A stretch of 53,858 nucleotides of DNA, taken from positions 1 through 53,858 of the forward strand of contig QPGO01000274.1 of NCBI GenBank assembly GCA_008632985.1, given 5' to 3'. Made by a program: the position numbers and the translations under genes. Below are positions 25,185 to 36,923 of the stretch, piece after piece; positions within the stretch are counted from its first letter, which is position 1; each line of letters begins with the position of its first letter. Source of the stretch: Psammoneis japonica. Its lineage: Eukaryota. Below the pieces are notes generated by a model. The model saw only the letters and a list, made by a program, of their open reading frames with translations. It did no database searches and had not been told where the DNA came from.

Positions 25185-28100
25185 CTAATGGGAGTCTTTC
25201 GACAGTCTTTCGAGACGGTCAATGATGCCTTTTCCAGGAGAAAATTCCTGGCCGACCATCGCTTGAACCTTTTGGACCAGCGCCCTTTCCGCAGCAACAG
25301 AGAAAGTCCCACATTTAAAGGTGAGCTCTTTGTGGCATTCGCAGGAGCAACCCCTGCAGCCGCTGCACATTGCACAGTGACAGTCCTCGCACTTTTTCAT
25401 GCATCCAACTTCCTTTCTTGCTGTGAAATGACCTGTGTGATTGATGGAGCTGATTTCACAAATCACAAAATCATCCATCTGTTTGAAGACCTTGTGCAAG
25501 CCTTCGGCACAACAGGTTGTGCAAATGTTAAAATCCTTGCTCAACAACTTGTTGCACCCGTTGCACTGCACGCACACATTCGACAACTCCTTGCTGCAAA
25601 TCTTGCAAGAGTGGTCGTCACCGCATGGGTCGATCCTCAGAGTGGCCGAGTCTGGCAGCTCAGCAATGGTCACAGCATCAGGCAGCTCTGGCAGCTCTGC
25701 AATCGATGCAGCATTGGCACCCTTCTTCTTCCTCTTCCTCTTGTTTGTCTTTGCCATCTCCTCAAGTTTGGCACATTCCTCCGCTAGAGAATCATGCTGC
25801 TCCTTTGACCCCTTTGCTGTCTCCTTGAACTCAACATGTTCTTCCACAATGTGGCTGAGCAAAGGAAGGATTCCCTTCAGAATGGTGTCAGTGGAGGGAA
25901 AAGCATTTGCTTCCAATCTGTGTGACATGCCAGCAGTGGGCGGTCGCCAAGAGCCATCCACAACTGGCTCGCAGGTGCATCTCTGTGCCGTCCTGAGAAG
26001 GCACAGCTCCGGAACACCTGGGATCTTCTCGCCAGCTTTGAGACTGGCTGGATGTTCGTGATCAGCTTCAGCTTCGCGTTTCAACTCTGTGTGCAACTCT
26101 GCACATTCGAGCATTGTCACCGTTTCACGGGTGATGCCTTTGATGGACACACCACGGTGCATCCAGTCCCAAGCCACTGAGACACAAACTTCCGTGGCAG
26201 TGACATCACCACCCATCTTGTTCACTGCTTTTTCACGGAGGTTGGCATGGCAGTCCGAATCATGCAGTTTTGATGGCGCCATCTTCCAAAAAGCATGCAT
26301 CCTGCCCTTGTTGATGTGAAGGAACTGTCCAGGTTCCAGAGCAAAAACAGACGGACAGCACCTGTTGTGACCGTGCGAAACAAAACAGTGATGGGAAACG
26401 AAAGTCGGAGAATGTGCAAGATTCAGACGACGCAACTTGCCCCAGTTGCTTCAACTCCTTGATTGTCTGACTAGTTGGCCAATTCAGGTTCTTGCGGTTC
26501 TCCTCATGAGGGAGGCCGTGCACAGCGTCGTAGTCCTTGTCACTGCCGTTGAGAAGGTCCACAGCCTTTTTTTTGAATTTTTCCGGCAGTCGTCGCAACA
26601 TCACGACTTCATTGTAACCTGCGATGCAAAGGTGTCCCGAGTCTACGGTGCCATGGCCGTCTTGGTGAAACCCAGTGAAAGATGGTGGTGTGGTGACGCA
26701 CAAATTGGGGCCCATGAAAGGACGCGCTTCAGGATTGATCTGCACACTCGTTGAAAGCAAGGAGGAAACCGGTGCATGAGATGCAAGCACTTTGTCTAGC
26801 GGGATGCAATTTGTGGCACTGCAACACTTGCCGCGATCATCAGGCAGTGCTTTCCTCCCGGAAAGAATTCCATGAGCTTCAAAGAGGATGTCAAGTCCTC
26901 GCACAACTCCAGCAGCACCTTCTTGACATTGACATCATGCATGTGCAAGACCGTCTTCATTGGATCAATTTTTTGCTTCTTGTTTGTTGCGTCAACAAAC
27001 TCGAACTCATTGCTCCCAGATGTGCCATTCATCCCACCGAGACGCTCATTGAGACAACGGATGCAATCTGCAATCGTCATGGAAACAAGCTCAGGATGTT
27101 CCTCACATTCCACCGAATCCTTTTTTGCTGTGTGTGTTTTAATCTCAAAGTGGCAATGATCCGACGTTTGATGCGCCACACATTGGGGATGCCACACTCA
27201 TGGCCTCAGGTGACCAGCAAAACCTTGGGTTACAACTGAAATGTCGTCACGTTCCATCATGTGCAAGAGAAACCTCTCGTCCTCCCCGCGAATCACAGGA
27301 TCATCCATCTTGTCCATGCGGAAGTTGCCAAGGAGAACCCGGGAGTCTTCATCCCAAGTCCAAATGCAAAGACCCGTGTTGGGTAAATTTGGGACATCTG
27401 GAGGATCAGGCATCCGGCTGCCTGGCAACTCATCATCCTTTGGCAGCTCGAGCTCTTCTGGGCTTGCTTTTTTCCGTTTCGCACCTCCTTTTTTGTTGTT
27501 GGAGTTTCGGTTCATGAGGCCGTGCGTGCATCCACGGTTGTTGATGGCGTTCTTCATGTGACTTTTAAATGCCCTCTCCCCGATGCACAGTATGAAACAG
27601 AAAGCATCCTGACAAATTTTGACTTTGGTTCCTGGCAGCACAAAATCATGCGTGGGACCCAAAACGGAAAAGAGAGGCATTCCGGCTTGGGGAGGCATTG
27701 GCAGTGCGGGTTGTGCGGCTTGCTTTGTCAACTTGACCATCTCGTCATGCTTGTCTTTTCCTGTCTTCGGAATGCATCCAACAAGGAAGCCGGCACAAGC
27801 TTTTGCATTTTCCATTCCCTCAGAAGGATCAAATGCTTTTTTGAGGCAGCAGCATGACGAACTGGATTCTTTGTCATTCCTCCCTTCGGCCCACCTCTTG
27901 CATGCATCAAAACCGGCATCCTTTGTCAGAAACTGGCACAAACTGTCGGCGGCAGCATCGATGGCTTGCGGAGTTGCGCTTTTCTTCTTCTTCAAAGTTT
28001 CCTTCAATTTCTCAAAAACCAAGCTGCGCTTCTTCACCTCGTTCAACTTCTTCACCTCTCTCGGCTCGCCAACATCACTGGCAGCGTTGGCGACCTCCGC

Positions 28101-28256
28101 GGTGCTCTCATCCGGCATGGTCATCTCATTCTCATTGGACTCATCACTCGTCAGTGTCCTCCGTCCAGTTGCCACGTTTGGGGTGTGATGAGGCGCGACC
28201 TCCATCATGGTCACTGCCTCACCCAACTCATCACTCATCGGTGTCCCACCCATCAT
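25185..28256 (-). pseudogene. JmjC-domain protein with Cys-rich N- and C-terminal zinc-binding regions
   Basis: PFMGPNL.VT..SFTGFHQDGHGTVDSGH (HxD), LEPGQFLHINKGRMHAF (distal H), VSVAWDW, C-terminal CxxC clusters. Introns at 26740-26831 and 26362-26440 join exons in frame. In-frame TGA at 27198-27200. Confidence 0.82.
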
Positions 28257-28301
28257 GCAATCGACTCGTCTTTGGGATTTTGTTTGTGCTGGTGCAGCAG
28301 C

Positions 28302-28528
28302 AAAAGTTGAAATGACGGATGCCGAAAAGTCAAACATCTGGTCCATGACGTCGTTGTTGAAGTGCACAAGGAAATGCCGTGTCATTTTTTGGGCCTTGCA
28401 ACGCAGTGCTGCTTCCACACAAAAGTTAAAATGACGCACGCCGAAAAGTTAAACATCTGGTCTATGACGTCATTGTTGAAGTGCACGAGGAAATGCCGTG
28501 TTGCATTTTTGGGCCGTGCAACTCAGCT
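28302..28528. repeat. Diverged ~120-bp tandem duplication upstream of JmjC
   Basis: aaaagttRaaatgacg...gccgaaaagtYaaacatctggtcYatgacgtc...aggaaatgccgtgt occurs twice. Confidence 0.85.
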
Positions 28529-28830
28529 GCCGGCAGTGGGTGTCACACATGCATCACATCTGGTTGCATGGGGGGCTGGACTGCCGGCAGTGGGGCACAT
28601 GATGCATCATGAGCACATCACATCTAACTGCATGGGGGGCTGGACTGGGGCCTGCCGGCAGTGGGGCACATGATGTGTCACACACGCATTGTGTCTGATT
28701 GCATGGGGGGCTGGACTGGGGCCCACCGGCAGTGGGGCACATGATGTGTCACACGTTCATCATGTCTAATTGCGTGGGGGGCCAGACTGGGGCCTGCCGG
28801 CAGCGGGGCACATGATGTGTCACACATGCA
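28527..28830. repeat. Degenerate ~70-bp minisatellite
   Basis: Recurring gcatggggggctggactgggg..ccggcagtggggcacatgatgtgtcacac. Confidence 0.8.
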
Positions 28831-28922
28831 TCACAGGTGTGTCGAGGATCTCATGGGCCATCATGACAGATCAATCACCTCAGGCTGCTCACAATCGCCA
28901 ATGCATTTGTTTTGCTTGCGCA

Positions 28923-29270
28923 TCAAGAATCTCCTCCCGGTCCAACGAACCAGGTCTTGCACAGAGGCCGGCACCTCATCCACACACTTGCAGGTGCAGA
29001 ACTCCACTGCTTCCACTGTGGCTTTGCCATGTGAACAATGCAGCTTGTCTTGTCCCGCATTCGTGACGCGTTTCTCAATCTTGATGACAACTTTCCCCTT
29101 GTCACACCTGATGCATTCGAAAACAGATCTGGCGCCAGTGTCAGTGGCTCGTTTGCAGACAATCCCTTCCCTTTTTGGAATGCCCAGAATCGTTTGGAGA
29201 ATTCTGAACGACTCGAAAACTCCTCGCCCACCACAGGGCTCCAGTCTGCAGACAATTCCTCACTGTCCAT
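28923..29270 (-). pseudogene. Possible gene fragment with a weak MuDR/FAR1-like N-terminal motif
   Basis: VGEEFSSRSEF resembles the GxxFxSxxE motif; no transposase catalytic core seen. Confidence 0.2.
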
Positions 29271-30840
29271 CTTTCTTGTCCTGTCAAGAAGTTGTTGTGC
29301 AGCAGACTTGATGCACCAGACTTCCCAAGCACAGCAATGACGTCATGCGACAGTCAAAAGTGTATGAAAAAAAGTTGAAAATGTGGGTCATCACGTCATT
29401 GACGTCCGGAGGCCGAGATTCAAGACGATCTGGATTCCCGATTCCTGTTCCCACAGAGCATTTCGGCACAGTTTCTACATGCAGGTAAGACTGTGCACCC
29501 ATCGCACAAATTACCACCTGTTGACCTGTTGATCGACGTGGCACCAATCATTCATTTTTCTGCATGCATTGACATGTGAACAACACCAGAACAAGAGCCT
29601 CCACCGGCACATGTGCCATTCAAGTAGAAGGGTGCATGCCACAAGGAAGGGGAGAATCCACCAATGGAGGGACAACACCTGTTGTTTGCTGCTGGCACAC
29701 ATTGACCCATTCATGGTGGCGGCGCGATGGATGCAGCACACCATTGCTTTTCCCTTGCAGCTCGATTGTCTCATGCAGATGACCAGAACAACGGTTTAAT
29801 CAACGTTCATTGCCTTTTTCAACTCCAATGACTGCGACCGATTTGCCAGAACTTAAATGGAAAACTGTTTTCCATTTAAGTTTTGGGCAAATCGGTCATC
29901 GAATGACCTCATCACGCGGTCTTTTGTCCGCACAAACCATGACTGTAGTTCGCTGCTTACATTGAACAACTTTCACTGCTTCAATTGTGGATGCAGTCCT
30001 GACTCGCATGCACACCAGACGACATTCCATCCAATGGCTCGCTCGCTCATCAGCCATTTAGCTCAGCAGCCTCTTCTGTCTCCTGGTTCCAGCACATCCA
30101 AGCACTTGCTTGTTGCTCTTCACAAACAAGAAAAAAAGCCAACACCTTGCTGCTGGCAGTTTCCCAAACCACCACCAACAATGGCAGCAAAACAGTCCTT
30201 CACCAACAAGGATTTGTTGTCTTTGTGGGAGCAAGGCGAGGATTGCATCAAACTTTTGAAGAAATCGGCCGGCCAAATCGAACCCATGCTGGAGATTCTG
30301 AGAGATGATTCTCCCTTGGGAAAGGCAAGAAGAGCTGTGCTGATTGGAGCAGAGTGGACAACCGAAACTCCACATGTGACGTTTGAAGACTTCTGGACAT
30401 GCCGGTTTTTATTTGAAGAGGGGTGGACTGTGCCTGAATGTGCCAAAGGAGACACTGCCATGGTGACACCCAACATTCAGCATGTGCCATGTGAGGATGC
30501 AGAAACTCGAGCCACAAGTGCCATGAAGGTTCTGCTTAAAATCCATGGGGAAAGCACTGGAGGAAGAGGGGAATCCAACGCATTGGCTCTGGCGGGAATC
30601 CGAAAAAGAAAGCAGTCTGACAGAGGGCCAAACAAGAAAGGGAATGTGCCCTGGGCCTGCACTTTTGACGAATTCCACCAGCGTTTCAAAATTGCCATGA
30701 CAGCAAGGGACACAAGACGCGCTTCGGCACGTCGGGGAAGATCCAGTGGCCAAGGGCTCTCCATAAAAGATTGTCAAGCCTGGGCTGAGGTTGCCAAAAA
30801 AGGAGGTGCTGTGGGAGGCAAGGTTGACACCAGCAAGAGC

Positions 30841-31105
30841 ACCAAGAGGGCCAAACAGAAGGACCATGGCAAAGGTGGCAGGACTTCTTCGCCAGGGGGA
30901 GCTTCAGCCTCAAAAGTGATTGCCGCCCAATCAAATGGAGTGGCGGCGGACAACGAGATCACCAAGCAATCTCAGGACGCCAGCAACATCGCCAAGAGGA
31001 CGGAACAGGAGGACCATGGCAAAGGTGGCAGGACTTCTTTGCCAGGGGGAGCTTCAGCCTCAAAATTGATTGCCGCCCAATCAAATGGAGTGGCGGCGGA
31101 CAACG
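30841..31105 (+). repeat. 150-bp coding tandem repeat (DHGKGGRTS.PGGASASK.IAAQSNGVAADN x2)
   Basis: Direct repeat visible in both DNA and protein. Confidence 0.9.
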
Positions 31106-32413
31106 TGACCACCATCCAATCCAATGAAGAAGCAGCAGCAGACAAGGAACCTTGTTCGCCAGCAGTGATGTCAAGTCGGTGGACAAGGAACAAACTGGTG
31201 CCAGTGATGATGACAAATCCGTTGCTGCAAGTGGGTGTGCTTGCCCAAGCCATGATTGCATCATGAAGGTTTTGAACACAGATGGCTTTGAGAGTCACAT
31301 GAAGGAAGTGCTTGACGGAAGAACAATTGACAAATGCTGTCTTCAGGAAGGAACTGCCAGCCAGAAAGCGTGTGTTCTGGATGTTCTGGAACGGCATCGT
31401 AGGACAATGAGTGCTGCTGGCAAAGAAGACGCTGCTTGTGAAGAAGCGGGATCTGCCAGCTCCAAATTCAGTTTTGAACGGGCAATGCATTCAAAAAGCA
31501 ACCAAGACGGAGATGCCGCCCGGCAGCTTGTGGATGCCATGGTCTTGTGAGCAAGGAAGTGGAAATCCATTTGACCCACATGCTTGGCGGCACTTGCCGA
31601 TGGAAAGGTGCGAAGGCTGCAGCTCCTCCAGGCGGTCTGTCTCCTGACCAAGGAAGACTGCGGGGACGACGAAGTTTGCCTGTTCTTTGGCGATCCCACA
31701 GAACCAAGATGGGCCGTCAGGGGCGTTCATGATCAAAATCCTGTCTGCAATTTCTTGTTCTTAATGAATGATTTCCTGAAATCTCAAATTTGTGACTTCA
31801 TTGATTCCCGATGTGGTCCATCTCATCATCTGGTCAAGAGACATGAAGACAACGCAATTTTGGTTAGCATCGGAGACACCTGCGACTGGCATTACGATGG
31901 GCAGGTTGCCTTGCATGACAAAGAAAGTCCAGACATGCCATCTTCCTCAAGTGACATCATTGTCAACACTTGGTCACTGGGAACAAATCCTGACACCCCG
32001 TTTGATGCAGTCAATGGCATCAATGGATCCTTGGAGGTGGGAGAGCGAATGGATGAATCAGGTCACAAGCGCAGCAACAAACTGAACATGTGGGGTTTGT
32101 TGGCATCTGTGCAGGGTGTTGGCAGCCAACAACGGCAACATGGCCACCGGGGCAAGGTTTCTGGATCCTTCCTCAACAAAGGTTGGGTGAGGGGTGCTCT
32201 AAGTGGACGGGCATTGCTGGTGGGCAAGGCCAAATGCACAGGCATCTTCAAAGCTGTGCTGGGAGACATTGTGTCCAAGAACATTCTCAAAGTGATGAAG
32301 GATGCCGACAACCAGTTTTCCTTGCGTGAGTTCGACTTCTCAGCAAGTTCAGCACAAGGTCTTCTTAACGGGGAGTCGTGGGGAGCTTGGCCATGTTGGT
32401 GTGGAGAAATCCA

Positions 32414-32804
32414 TCCACGCATTCCAGGTCTAGGTGGGACCTCGTACACTGAACTGTGACATCGACAGTTTTTTGAATCGCCTCGTATGTCGCGCACGTA
32501 CATTTCTACGTGATTTTGGCGAAATTTTGCATGATTTTACAGTGCAATTGTCAGGCTGTCCATTGAACAACTTTTGATGTTTTTTTCTTCTACGCCATTC
32601 TCGAGTGTCTTAAGAATGGCGTGGGGGCAGGCGTGTCATCCAAAACTGCGAGTGCCAACATGGACAGATGCACTGCAAACTTGGCCGTTTTTTTTGTGTC
32701 GAAGACAAACACATCCATCAACCAGAGCACGAACTGCAGAGCTCGCACGTAGAATTCTACGGGGCAAATGTCACAAAAAGTCCCACCCAGGACTGGAACC
32801 CGTC
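32414..32804 (-). mobile_element. MITE family A, copy 4 (reverse orientation, more diverged)
   Basis: Reverse complement of family A; TSD TCCA (32410-32413, 32805-32808). Excision gives in-frame GAA ATC CAG TTG. Confidence 0.88.
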
Positions 32805-35479
32805 TCCAGTTGAGCAGAGGCGGAGGCCGTCCACACCAAAACTTTCAGCTGCCAAAGATCAAGGAGGCTCGTCCAGTTTCAATTCAAAGACTTGCAAGGT
32901 CAATTGGCCCACCTGGAGAAGCTTGGTCCCACCTCACTGCGGCTGAATCTGTCAAATGGGCATTTGGACAAGGGTTGGCAGGGTTCCGTGTTCATTTTTC
33001 AGACAAAAGAAAGCTCCCCATGTTTGTTGGAGTCCCACACATTCAGGGGACATTGTTGCAAGAGGGTGAATCTCACCCTTTGGACCAGGTCCTTCCATTG
33101 CACAACATGAAGAACAAGAAGCAGCGAAAAAACACATGGAACTCCCCAATGTCAGCCATCTTCCAGCCCCAACCACACAAGAGTCCTCCTTCTAAAAGTT
33201 GCAGTGAAGATGCCACACATGGGTCTGGCGGCTCAGGCACAAGAGCTGGTTCAGACAAAATCAGCAGCCGGGATTCGGTCGATGCCTTCACACCCACATC
33301 GCAAGTCCTCAATTTACAAAACCAAGAAATGCTGGCAGCCAACGCATGAAAGGCTGCCATTTGCTTGTACAAACCTGAACCAGATCATGAGTCCTGTGTG
33401 AAATTTCTTGGTGTCTTTGTTTGTGGTGGAGTCAACCATGCGGAGCTGACTGAAGAGGAAAAAACAGATCTCAGGAACGTTTGTGAGGACACCAAATACA
33501 TCGTCTGTACAAGTTTTGCGGATGAAGTTGTTTTTAAGCTTAGCCTCAAGCGCATTCCCATTCCGCAAGGACTCCGGGCTGAGCACATGCATGTTGATGG
33601 GAGGGTTCCAGCACAGTCAGTTCTGAGCCGCACAGTTCCCAAAACAGAATTTGAAGAGGCGCGGTCACCTGGCAGCCAGCACCATGTCACAGGGCCATCC
33701 ATTGTGCAACAAACATTGGAAGAAACAAACTGGGCGGAGCACACTGCAGCATGGGATGGGCCTGTCCCAAGACTTTGGGGCATGCACACAAAAGATGATG
33801 ATGGGTTGTCTGATGCGGACAATGTGTCAGATGTGGCAAAGAAACCAAATGAAGTGGCAAAAGTGACAATCAATGACACCGTCCAGCATGTGCCACTTGC
33901 CGCAGTTGCAGCCAAGGCAAGGATGGCTGGCCACGGAACAAATGAGAGTGATGGGGCGCCCAGAGTTTTGGGACCTGAATTTGCAACATTGGGAGCTGCG
34001 CTGCGTGTTTGCCCCACAGGACACCCTGTGCGAATGAAGAATGTCACTCCAAACCGGTTTAAAAGGGCAAACATGGCTGAACGCGAGGGCGCCAGTTTGA
34101 AAACTCTCCGAGAAGAGCATGATGTGGTGTGGGCAAAGAAAAACCCAGAGAAAGTCGCAGACTTGCTGCGTTCTGCTGTCGCAAATCAATTGATTGCCAA
34201 CCCAAAGACTTGGGAAGATTTTGCTGTTAAGATTGGCAAAGAAGATCATCCATGCAAAGCGGAGCCCCTTGATGAAAGCTTTTGGGCGATGATGAAGCTC
34301 AGTCCCGACCAGATGGAAAAGATGTGTGACTTTCTCAGGACCGAGCTGGGTGAGCGGAACCTGAAGGTGTCATCATTTTTCTCGGGTCAGTGCAAAACAG
34401 ACACAACCGATCTCAATCAAGTTCAAAGGATTTTGAAGGAACTCCATGGCAAGCTGGTCGTTCTTGTTAAAAAAGTGTTGTTTCAAACTGAAGAGGACAA
34501 AATGCGGGCTGAAGTTCAATCGGGTTTAGCTCAATCACTCAGGAGCATCACTGGCACTGGAAATGCAGATTCCAAGACAGACAAAATGTTGTTCCTAGCG
34601 GCTGGTGCACTCCAAGACTTTGAGATTGTTTGCAAGCATGTGTTTGGGACCCCAAACAAACGGAGCCAGGTTTGTGGAACAGGCAGTCGGCAGGCAATGG
34701 ATTGGGTGTCCTTGTCTCTGCCAAAAACCCCAAATGGAGACAAACCGTCCTACTCTGAGATGCTGTTGCTGATGTTGGAGGGGCTTGAGACAGAGGCATG
34801 GCGTTCCCAGATTCTCCGAAATGCCATGGATTTGATTGTTGTGGACGGCAAGCTGGTTGACAGGGAGACAGGGGAGCCATTGAGTGCGACAGACGCCGAG
34901 CAAATTTGTTGTGATGTTTGCTGCAGGCTCATGTCATGGACTTTTTCCAGCCGCAACAGTCAATTTCCAAAAGGGTGGAACAGGTGTTCTCATCCCGTTT
35001 TGTCTTTAACCGAATGTCTCCCTGCATCCGAAACTGACAGGCAGTTGGCAGTGAAAAAGGTGCAGGAGTTTCTTGACATGGATGACAGGAAGCCACCAAG
35101 TGACCCCTTCCTGATTCAAACTGAAGTGGACCACTCAGATGCGTTCGACTCAGACGATGACGTCAAACGCAATGCAAGAAATGAAAGGGAGAGGCAAAAT
35201 GAAACCCTGTCTGAAGAAGAGTCTGAGCCAGAATCTGAGCCAGAATCTGAACCAGAGGCTGTGCCCAATGGCAAAAAAAGAACATCGAGAATGAAGCAAA
35301 CAACCAAGAGACCACAAAAAAGCTGCAAGAGAACATCCTAAAGAGGCAACACACAGTTTCCGCCAAGAGACAACGGCGGCAAGAAGCTGCAGCCGCACCA
35401 CATGAAGAGCTTAGACAGAGCGCAAGATTGAGCAATGCCACCCACAGAACTCATTCCCATGACTCTGATGATTCCTCCT

Positions 35480-36180
35480 GCGACAGTCATGTTTTGAAAA
35501 AAATGCAGATTGCACCAGTTTGAGCATGACACTGCAGCAATGCGGCAGGAGCTGATGCAGCCCAGTCTGAATGCTGTTGTGTGCATCATGCATGGCATCA
35601 CAAGACACCATGCACTTGCAATGTGTCCCCAAAACTTTGCATCATGCATGTGCAGCGGGAGGAGCTGATGCGATGTGTCATGCACAGCATGTCATGCATC
35701 TGTCATGTCACATTTGCACGCGCCAGGAGCTGATGCTGACTGCACCTTCTCTCCACAGAACTTCTTCCTGGCAGAGAGGGTGTTGAAGGTGGCATCATCA
35801 CCAAAAAATAAAACCACATGTGGCAATGCGGCGGGAACTGACACCAGCTGGTTGGCATCGTGTGGTTTGCATCACATGACATCATGTCATGTGATGTCCC
35901 AAAAACTTTGCTTGTGCCACTTGAGGAGCTGATGTGTCATGCACAGCATGTTGCATGTCTGTCATGTCACATTTGCAAGCGCAAGGAGCTGATGCGGCAG
36001 GAGCTGATGCCAGCATGTTGGCATGGTGTTGTTTGCATCAGATGACATCATGCATCCATCATGTCACAGAAAATTTGCATCAAGCACATGCCACGTGAGG
36101 AGTTGATGTGTCATGCATGTGTCAAAGGCCTGTCACATCATGCATGCATGCACAAGCAGGAGCTGATGCTGCAACTGCAC
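35480..36180. repeat. Degenerate TG/CA-rich repeat region
   Basis: Many ggagctgatg units; the block tgtgtcatgcacagcatgt...ctgtcatgtcacatttgca occurs at about 35674 and 35933. Confidence 0.75.
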
Positions 36181-36923
36181 CCACTGCAGAACTTGTTCAT
36201 TCTTGCGAAAGTGCGCGATGCTTTCAGCCTTTGATTTGTCTGGTGGACAAGCCTTGAGTGCTTCTTTAAGTTCGTTTCGGTTCGGTCGGCCTTCATTGGC
36301 AGCCTCAAGAAAGTCCTCTCCTCCAAGTTTCTCCAAGTGTTCCCACATGGTTGAAATGTTTTTAAAATCTTTGTCTCTCTTGGTTTCACTGTGAAACTCA
36401 ACATGTTCACCCCACGCTTCTTCCACAACTTCTTCAGAGTGCACACTAAAAGGATCCTCCTCAACCTTCTCCGACTGTTGATCACTCTCCTCCTCCACCT
36501 CTTCCTCCTGATGCTTCTCTGGCTTCCCAGACTTGGGCGTGTTTGAATCCTCGAGCTTCTTGTTGTCCGTTTCCTGGTGCTTCTCCGGCTCTTGATCACT
36601 CTCCTCGTCGCTGGTGTTTTGAAAAGGACGGTTCGGATCCCAAGAGGATCCTTCCAAGGAACACAGTGCTTGCATTTAGTGCCATGATTCTGGCAGCAAG
36701 TGCAGAGGGTTGTGGCTTTGTCGATGGCATGTTTAATCCCATGGTTCTTGGCACAAGGGGTGCAAATAAATTTGGTCGGAAACTCCTCGTCCAAGGTGGG
36801 CATTGCCAGGTTTGTTGTCCCACCACCCAGGGAAGCAGCATGGCAACGGGCTGCTCCCTCATCCATGGCAGTTTGGATGGCTTCGTTTAATTCGCGCCTC
36901 TCCCTCTTTGCTTGTTCGGACAT
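36133..36923 (-). pseudogene. Hypothetical protein with CxxC motifs and an acidic linker, frameshifted
   Basis: MSEQAKRE...CTPCAKNH...CTCCQNHGTKC, then a frame change to the acidic ORF 36133..36675. Confidence 0.4.

Larger units (their letters stand above)
19191..26610. repeat. 7.4-kb tandem segmental duplication, unit 2
   Basis: Junction gacttc|ttaaaag at 19190/19191. Unique sequence resumes after gacttc at 26610. Confidence 0.97.
30181..35341 (+). pseudogene. ~1600-codon gene: AlkB-like 2OG-Fe(II) dioxygenase domain plus a C-terminal helical domain
   Basis: NAILVS..DWHYD..IIVNTWSLG..SQQRQHGH..RGALSGR fits the AlkB pattern (HxD, SLG, H, Rx5R). ORFs 31152, 31584, 32768 and 33365 join in one frame after removing the MITE and reading through three TGAs; one frameshift near 31150. 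Confidence 0.65.
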
